Assembly (NCBI GenBank): GCA_012295275.1
Contig: CM022672.1
Location: forward strand, 32,240,001 to 32,304,000
Direction of reading: 5' to 3'
Origin: Chrysomallon squamiferum
Lineage: Eukaryota; Animalia; Mollusca
Length of the DNA: 64,000 nucleotides
The notes under the pieces: generated by a model
Database searches by the model: none
The model's input: only the letters and a program-made list of their open reading frames with translations
Told to the model about the DNA's origin: nothing
Made by a program: the position numbers and the translations under genes
Shown: piece after piece, positions 55,090 through 64,000 of the stretch
Layout: each line of letters starts with the position of its first letter
Numbering within the stretch: position 1 is the stretch's first letter

Positions 55090-57182
55090 ATATCTGTGAT
55101 ATTTATTCTATTGATGGCACTAATGATTCTGAGGAATGGTGGTCCCTCACATCTTTTATAATGATATCATGGGTAATTAAGTTGGAAGTCATCGGGAAAG
55201 CCATATATGGGATAATATAAAGAGATAGATCCGAGGATAAGTTAAAGGGATAGATCTGAGGATAAGATAAAGGGATCGATCTGAGGACTTAAGGAGAAGG
55301 GATTATCCTTTGAATGAATGAATTAGAGAATGGCTTCTTAGATGGTTTCTGAAAGAAAATGTTAAATGAGATATTAAAAGGACCCATTTGGTAGGTTAAG
55401 GACTCAATGACAATTAAAACTCAACTGGGTAAGTTAATTAGGAAATTGACTTATGTTAGAGAGATATAGGGATAGAGACTGACATAGTGTTTATGGTGAA
55501 ATATATGGACGATCAATTGCGGAATGATAGTTAATGGGTCAAAGGCGCATACTTATGATGGAACATTTAAGAAGCATTAAAAGTATTAGTTTGGTATAAA
55601 AAATAATTTTTAATACCTTTAACATATTTAAAATGGGAATTTTAGCAAAACTGTAGTTTCCGTTTCTTTTTTCCTGTTATTTTGTTTTCTGTTTCTTTCT
55701 TTCCTACAATGGTTTACTTGACGACGTTCTAAGTTGTTCGGGAAGTGACGTTATCGAGAGTGCAGGAAATGACGTTATAGATCGCAAAAAGTTTTAACTG
55801 AACAATTGATACTTGACAGGTAATTTGTATAAAGTTAAACTTAATTTGAAACCAAACACTGATTTTAACCCTAATGTAAACGTAATCGTAACACTAGATC
55901 TATTTATAACAATGAAACAATTTTAATAACCGTCGAACGTTAGTTTTATATCAGTTACCAGATGCTGACACTGTTCTAAACAACATGCTACTAATAAATT
56001 AAATAGTCTTATTAATAAAGAAAGCAAAAAAAAAAAATAAATAAATAAATAAATAAATAAATAAAAACAAAAATAAACATATCTTCAACTTTTTTATATT
56101 TTATTTCTTTTTAAATCTAATCTTAACCCTAACCTAATCAGTGAAAATATATAAACTTTTAGACTAAAAGTCTGAACATAAAGCACTTTAACCTAGTAAC
56201 TAACCCTGGCAGTAATTTACACTTTGCCTGTATAATAAATTGTTTACTCAGATCAAAAATTATTTTAAATCTAATAATAATAATAATGTAGAAAATGTCT
56301 TAAACGACTGAATGCTTTAAAAATAACTAACTAGATTACCTAGCACTGATTTCAACTATATTAATAACTTTAAATCTAAAAATTATCCCTAAATATAATA
56401 TTAAAACTTTCTTTCCTAACTCTAAATATACCATAAATTTATCCTCACCTTTACTTTGTATTGCTGAAATTTTATTCAGAGATTTGTTCTGAAAGAAAAT
56501 AATGTCTAAGATTTTAATTAAAATTGTTTCCCTTCACTTAACCTCAGGAAGTTGTCTATGACAGTAGCCTAAAATATAAAACAAGAAACAAAACAGCATA
56601 AGTCAATTGTTTATTTGTACAGAGAAAACAAAGATTAAATAAACATTTTTAATCTGCACCTATTTCAAATCTTTGTATATAATAACCTGTCAAAGGAAAA
56701 GCTAGTAAAACTGACTAGTGTGAAAAATACAAAAACTATAATATATATTTTTTTAGTGGATAAAAATTTCATTGATTCAGTGTTATAACATTCAGTGGCC
56801 TAGTCACCATATATGTATTTGTATACGAATACACTATTAAAAAATAATACAAATATTTTTATTTATTTACAAAATAATAAAATAAATTTAATAATTATCT
56901 CCCTTGAATCAAACACTTTTTAATCTAAAATGTGCAGCTTTTTTTAAACAATCATCAAGATTCTAACATCAATCAATTTTCAAAAAAGTAATGTCTGTTT
57001 GTCACATACTTGACTACTTGGTCCTGTGTCTGATCCAAACATTCTGAATACTGATCTACATCTGATTACATGTTGTGTGAACAACATTGTGACTTTGAGT
57101 CTATATTTACAGTATTTAAATTCTTCACTAAGTGTAGTCCATGCTTCACACAAGTAACAGTTTTTAAAATGTTATTTTCGTG

Positions 57183-58016
57183 TTGAAATTTCTAACACAT
57201 TTCAATATTCTCCAAGCATTCAGTTCTTTATATTTATTATGGAGATGTTCATCTTCTGTTTGCTTAGTTCAGGATGATCAGACAACTTTAAAAACTTGGA
57301 GGCAAACTTGACAAGTCATTTAGAATCAATGTCACTTCTCACATGTATTCTTTCTTTCTCAAAGCAAGCTCATGATAAAGAACCCTGAAGAAAAAAAAAA
57401 AAAATGTAAAACTTATAATTAAAATAAAAATAATATTCAGAGTTACATAGATTAAACTCAAATGTCCTTGATTATCAGTATTTACCTGGAAATGTAAGTT
57501 ATACAATTTGACATGTAAAATGAAGACTAGATATAAATGAAATGTGATGTTTTTTTACTTAATAGTAGAGCTGAGCTGAGAAGTAACAGAATGTAGTATC
57601 AATCTTGATTTCTGCAGTCTGTTACTGAAAACTGAAAACTGAAAACACAAACAGCTGTGTTAATTAACAGTGAAAATGTAGATGGTTTTTCTCTCACAGT
57701 TTCATTATCAAAAATAACAACAATGTCTGTCATCTGAAGCAGATTTTTTCAAATTATTAATCAAAAATGATTTTAGTGAACTTCATGGTGGCTGAAAGGT
57801 CTGAGAGACAAGTTCACACTTATTTACCAATCAAGCAGCCTGGGTGATGTGAAACATCTGACAGTCAACTGTTGTTCTGTAACTCTCCTCTGATTTCTCT
57901 GCTCTGTTATGTGAAAAATAAAATATTACACTCATACATTAAACAACAAGACAAATGTTAGAATTACAAATGTAATGTACACACAGTTTACTTGCCAATC
58001 ACTGAGTCTGTTAACT

Positions 58017-58018
<2 letters not shown>
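57183..58018 (-). pseudogene. DHX8: DHX8 3' fragment in copy B (last exon plus remnants of the penultimate exon)
   Basis: Exon from 57384 reads VLYHELALRKKEYM*EVT; truncated upstream at a (CT)n junction. Confidence 0.88.
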
Positions 58019-58091
<73 letters not shown>

Positions 58092-58506
58092 GAATTTTCC
58101 TTCTGTACATATGCTATAATTTATAACAAAATAGATGTTATTATATGTAACAATTTAAGTTAAGTCAGAAAGGAGTAACACTAGGCTATAAACAAGACAT
58201 TTATCAACACTATTAAAATATTTATTGTTAAGTTGAACATGCTTCCTGTTAAGAAATTTCAACACAGAATTCTAAAATTCAACATAATAAAAAAAACGTT
58301 TCAGTATTTCATACAGATGTGGATTATTATTAAATAAATAAACTAGTGTTTTGCCAGTCACAATGAATCTGTCAAATTTGTTTTATAAAATCTGTCTGGA
58401 ACTGTGTGTTAACAGTTTTTTAACAAGTGTGTTTGAAATTGTAAAGATAAAAAGTGGAGAAATGCTGATTTTAAACTGACACAGTTTTCTAACAGACATT
58501 ACTTAC

Positions 58507-59466
58507 TAGGAATGAGACTTTCCGAGAAGCTGGACAACAGTGGGGTGACACTTCCAGACATTTCCTACTCCTCAACTTGACCAGTTGCCTCAGAGAGAAA
58601 CCACCTTGATGAAAAGTTAGAGTACTCCCACCTTGTTCACCAGCCAGTCTGAACACAGGATACTCAACTAAAAAACAAAACAGTAAACATCACAATGTAC
58701 TTAACATTACCTACAGCCTGTTTATAACAAACTTATGTCTTCAGTGTTCAGGTAATATCATTCTGACACAAAAGCTGAATACAGAGCAGTTATTAACTGA
58801 ACAAAAATAAAAAATAAATAATTTAATACTCTGTAGAGAAATGTTTTAAAATGTCATTTAATAGAAATTCAGCATGACACCAAAACCTACAGCTATTCTG
58901 AATCTATGGTTTACATTTATTTTCTTATTTATATATATCAGATATAAATTGTAATACTTTACCAAACCAGGAAACTGACTTCATCTCTTTATTAATAAAA
59001 CATATTTAGTGATAACTTTGATAAAACTGACATTGGAACAGAAACAAACAATGATATTCTAACACAGAAAATGAAACATCTAACACAAATATAGATAAAA
59101 TATATAACATACATCAAAATAATATATATATCATTTTATCACTTAATGAATATATATGAAATGAATATAGAAAACAACAACAATCTTCTTCATAATTTGG
59201 TGTCACTCACTGTCAAAGAAACACACACACTCCTGTCTCCATCTCATCAAGTCTACAACATCAGCAGCTAATCTGTCAAGAGAGACACACTGAACTCTTC
59301 TCTCTCTGAACACTTTGCTAGCCTCCTTAGCAACCTTCAAAATAAAAATAAAACACCACATTATTATCATTAGATTGTTTTTATTCTCTCAGGTTTTCTA
59401 TTCAAATACAACATTTTATTAGAAAAAGATTATTTTCATTCATTTAAGTATACTGACAGTACAATA

Positions 59467-59543
<77 letters not shown>

Positions 59544-60054
59544 ATAAAATTATAATAACAAAAGATACTGCAAAATTACCTTTAAAATTACCTTAAATGT
59601 TTAATTAATAATATAAAATGGTGTTTGCTATTAAACATATTTTTGTTGATATCTTTATTTTAAATAAGTATACAGAAAAGAGCTGGCAAATACATTTTAT
59701 CTCACAATAAGAAACTTTAAAATAATGTTGATTTATGAATAAAAAATACAATAAAAAATAAAAAAAAACAATAAGGAAGAAATTTAATAAGAAATAAAAT
59801 TACAGAGAGCTACACACTCATTAAATTATCTAATATGCAGATAATAATCATTTTAAAACACAAGAAAAAAGAAGGAATTCACTTACTGAACAAATCAAAT
59901 TCCAAAGCCTGTTAACAAGCTCTCTGTACAGATCTCCGTGTCATGAATGATGAAGAATGATGAAGAGTGATGAACTTTGAACTTTGTCCTTTGACCTGCA
60001 TGCTTTTGTCGTGCTGTAAAACGTGTATCAACTCCTGCTCTAGCATGTAGTAAT
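58507..60054 (-). pseudogene. Copy B of the unidentified gene relic (3 exons)
   Basis: Exons 60054-59887, 59334-59211 and 58667-58507 match 23149-21590, with extra indels in the first. Confidence 0.65.
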
Positions 60055-60083
60055 CTAAATAATAACAAGAAAAATAAAGAGTA

Positions 60084-60126
<43 letters not shown>

Positions 60127-60248
60127 TCATTAATTCATTAATTTAATTTGAAAACCTGTATATAGATCTAAGATTATTTATTTATTTATTTATTTATTTT
60201 TATTACTTTATTTTTATTTAATATTTTTTAATATATATATTTTTTTTA

Positions 60249-60305
<57 letters not shown>

Positions 60306-61504
60306 GTTTTCAGTTTGTTCGTTTCTCTTTTGTTGTTGTCGAATTTGTTGTAATATCTGTTTTCGGAAAGAATTGTAAAGCGTCAGTTGTTTGTGCAGTG
60401 TTTAAGGTGAAATTCACATCAGCAGTGAGTACTGAGAACTGGATGGGATGGTATGGGGTGGGGGGTGACCTAGTTTATTAATTTTGTTTGAGCGCTGCGA
60501 CACGACTTGAAGTCGATCGATAAACGAGTTGTCATGGTAGCGAAACATAAGCTGCCTTGTAGTTTCTTTTATTTATTTATTTATTTGTTTGTGTATTGTT
60601 GTTGTTTTTGTTATTTTTATTGTCCTTTATACTGTGATGATGATGATAATATTTGATGATTAATATATTGCTCCCCTTTATTTATTTATTTATTTTTTTA
60701 AATTTAGCAAATAAATAATAATAACACATTTTTAAAAAATGTATTCAATATTTTATTTCCGTATTTATTTCTAAAATGATATTTTTTAAAGATTTATTTC
60801 GTTTCCTTTATTTCAAAATTAAAACGAAACGTTTCGACTGTGAATATGTGTGTGTAAGAGAGCTTGTGTTACATATATTTACAACATAACGTGTTACTGA
60901 AAATTAAAGAACTAGAAATTGTAATATTTAATTTATCTTCAACTCGCATGTCCTCAACGACTACATAATAAGTATACATGTGTAAAATAAATAATTTTCT
61001 TTGTAATTTAAAAATTGTGTTTTGTTTTGATGTTCATAGTGGATACTTGATATTATATATAGTTTATAACTGTAGTATATGCAAATATATGTATCTATTA
61101 TAATCAACCGTCACAATTTCTTAATTACACAGTCAGCGGGTACACAAAAGGCGCAATTCCTAGACAAGAAACGAGCCATATTTTAATAGGTTCGTTAGCA
61201 CTCGAGAGCTAACACCTCTTATGCGCTGGGCTTCATGACAACAGTGATGATGACAACATTTATAATAATCATAGTGACATGATATAAAAGCCAGCCACCA
61301 TAAAAACACACATTAACAATAACAGCGGTAATAATAATGATAATCATTAAAATGGTACTAACAAAGCAAGACAACCCACATAATAATAGGTATATTGTTA
61401 TTATTATTATTGTTGTTGTTCTTGTTGTTGTTGGTGGTGGTGGTGTTGGTAGTGGTGGTCGTTCTGGTGGTGTTTGTTTGTTTTGTTTGATTTTGTTTGA
61501 TTTT

Positions 61505-62112
61505 TTTGTACATGTCTGCTACTATCACCTAACACAGGACACATGGAGGAAGATCCAGACTCTTGGTCTTGTACAGCGATATAGAGAAGAGGAGGACGTG
61601 AAACTCTTCTGTGGCGTGCTAGATGGACTCGCCTTCTTACTAGTGGATGACGTCACTGAGGGTCTGACATATCTACAGAAGCACATACCAGAAAGACTCG
61701 AACCTCTCCTGGACTACATTGACAACACCTATGTGTCCTCATGAAGGGGAATCAAGAACCAACAATACATACGAGGGATGGAAGAGCGCCATTGCAAAGC
61801 TAGTTGGACATGCACCCTCTACCATCTGGAGAGACATTGATAGCACACGGAAAGATCAGGTCCAGATTTCTGCTGCGAGACGCCACACCCACAAACCTCA
61901 GTCAAAGCTACACAAACTGTGCACTGACAGGCGTCACAACAGCGAGACTGTCTCAGATATTTTTTAAGGGTATTGGCCTTTGTGTAAGATTTAAAACTGA
62001 ATAAAAAATACTAATTCTGTTCTAAGTGTTGTATCCTATCTGTCACTACTAATGTGTGGTGTGGGGATCTGTCCACGTGGGGAATTGTCTGTGTGGGTAT
62101 CTGTCCGCTAAC
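61505..62112 (+). mobile_element. MULE relic (family 2, copy B)
   Basis: CYYHLTQDTWRKIQTLGLVQRYREEEDVKLFCGVLDGLAFL...RTNNTYEGW. Confidence 0.88.
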
Positions 62113-62120
62113 TTTGAAAT

Positions 62121-62336
62121 TCATGCGCAATAATAGAGCCGCGCAGTAGCATTGATTACACGGGCATCGGGAGGAGCAGCACATTTGAGAGGAATCTGAT
62201 TGCGACCCGTCGAAGGGTGCACTTTGTAAATATGACAGTCGCAGCTTCGGATTACATCCATTTTGTTTAGAGACAAGACACGTGAACTGCTGAACAGTGG
62301 CATGACAACCAGTCTAAATAAACGGGTGGCGAACAT
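62121..62336 (-). CDS. Copy B of the 71-aa ORF
   Basis: 70 of 71 residues identical to 26384-26599. Confidence 0.4.
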   Translation of the reverse strand: MFATRLFRLVVMPLFSSSRVLSLNKMDVIRSCDCHIYKVHPSTGRNQIPLKCAAPPDARVINATARLYYCA

Positions 62337-62873
62337 TGCTGCCGTGGCTGACGAATATTGTGCGAACTCATGTTAAGACGTCTGTGATGGCGGGCCCACC
62401 ATCTGTTACAGTGCGTAGCGAGTCAGACGCAAAGAATGAATGAAGAAATAACTAAAGACGGTAAATTGAGCTGATTTCACTTCCATGGTATTTGTTTGCG
62501 GTGTGTATGATTGGGCGTGTGTGTGTATGTTGTGTGTATCAATGTACGCATGTATGTAGCGCAACGATGGTACTACAGTTACTACTACAATACCACTACT
62601 ACTGCTAGTAATAATTCTGACATCATGGAAAAAAGCAACAACGGGAACAGTAACATTAACAGTAAAAAATATAATAACGATATAAAAAAGTAACCACCAC
62701 TGTAACAACAACAACAACCACGTAAGCAGTGATATTAACAAGATGGTAAAAATATCAGTTACTTAAATGAGAACTATAACATCATTAATAAAACACCGAT
62801 GATACGACACCAGAGGAAAAACCCGGTTTAATGCTTTAATGTAATTTAAAATATTTGAAATAAAATTCATGTA

Positions 62874-62935
<62 letters not shown>

Positions 62936-63214
62936 CTATTATTATTATTATTTCTTTATGATCAAATGTTTGATTGTTTAGTATTGTAAATGTCCTGTGT
63001 TTCATATCTTTAAATAGATAACTGGATTCTATACTGAAAGTTGGAATATTTCTACGACCTGTGTTTAAAATTTCTGTCATCTCTGTACAGCTTGTTATTG
63101 AAACACGTGTTAGTGATAACATTCCTACGTTGTTGTTGTCAAGACTAATGTTTACTTACTTCTCCTAAATTTATTACTAAAGATAAAGATTACTTTAGTA
63201 CAAAGTCAACTTAA

Positions 63215-63281
<67 letters not shown>

Positions 63282-63705
63282 TTTAATAATAAAAAAATAA
63301 AAAGTAAACAAATGAACAAACAAATAAATTGAAAAAAGATACGAATAAGTAAATAAGCATATTAATAAACAACAAGCAAATAAAAAAGATAATAAACAAA
63401 TAAACAAATAAATAAATAGGCAAGTAAGTAAATAGATCAGTAAACAAACACTGAGATCAGAGATATATAAATAAATAAATAAATAAATAAATAACAACAA
63501 CAGTAATAAAAGCAGGAGCAGGTGAATAGTAATATGCTAAAAATGGTAAAAGTACTGAAACACTGAGATATTCCACTTAGGTTTTCCAGTGTGTGTAATT
63601 AACTTGCACAAAATAGAAGATATTTACAAACATATTAATTTATTATGGAAGATGTTTTTTTAAAATTGAAACGTTTATAGCACAGAGACAGAACTAACAT
63701 TATTC

Positions 63706-64000
63706 GGTACCACTTTGGTGTGTGATCTACGCGATCTAGTGATCTACACCGAGCAAATTCAACTTTGGTGTGTGATCTACGTGGTTATTTAAATTATTAT
63801 TTTGTTTATTCCTGGTTTTTTATTATTATTTTTCACAGCATAAATGGAAAAGCAAAATCCTAATATTATATATTTATAATTGATAGGAATAAGGACTAAA
63901 AAGTATACAAATGCGAATAATTGTATTGATGAATTCAGCGAATATCTGCTAGAAACGTAAGAAAAAGATTTTCAGTTTTCTTCGATCTTCCTTCATTTCT
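63706..64000 (-). mobile_element. Merlin-like element, left end, copy B (runs off the window)
   Basis: Same cattattc flank (63698-63705) followed by the TIR ggtaccactttggtgtgtgatctacg. Confidence 0.7.

Overview
Very AT-rich, microsatellite-dense animal (invertebrate) genomic DNA with spliceosomal introns and a 200-N scaffold gap at 46091-46290. A mollusc or other lophotrochozoan is plausible, but that is inference. Most ORF-track entries are low-complexity artefacts; the real coding signal appears only when exons are spliced by hand. (1) About 4395-28610 is repeated in the same orientation after the gap (47000-64000) with large indels and patchy divergence, and a third, older copy of part of it lies at about 38270-43150. 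(2) A 4-exon minus-strand gene for a secreted 13-Cys Spaetzle/neurotrophin-like cystine-knot protein is present twice (11247-8270; 52559-50774). Both copies share one 1-nt frameshift yet have identical exons 3 and 4. Each has a duplicated terminal-exon fragment downstream, and intron 3 carries a 40-bp VNTR (about 30 vs about 1.5 units). (3) Three intron-retaining 3' fragments of the spliceosomal helicase DHX8/Prp22 are pseudogenised and sit downstream of unrelated exons. (4) There is an unidentified multi-exon gene relic, and a 71-aa ORF whose copy-to-copy changes are mostly synonymous. (5) DNA-transposon relics: two MULE/Mutator families, a Merlin-like element with TIRs and an 8-bp TSD, a Tigger/pogo HTH fragment and a probable Helentron-type end. 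All alignments and translations were done by eye; no database search was run.
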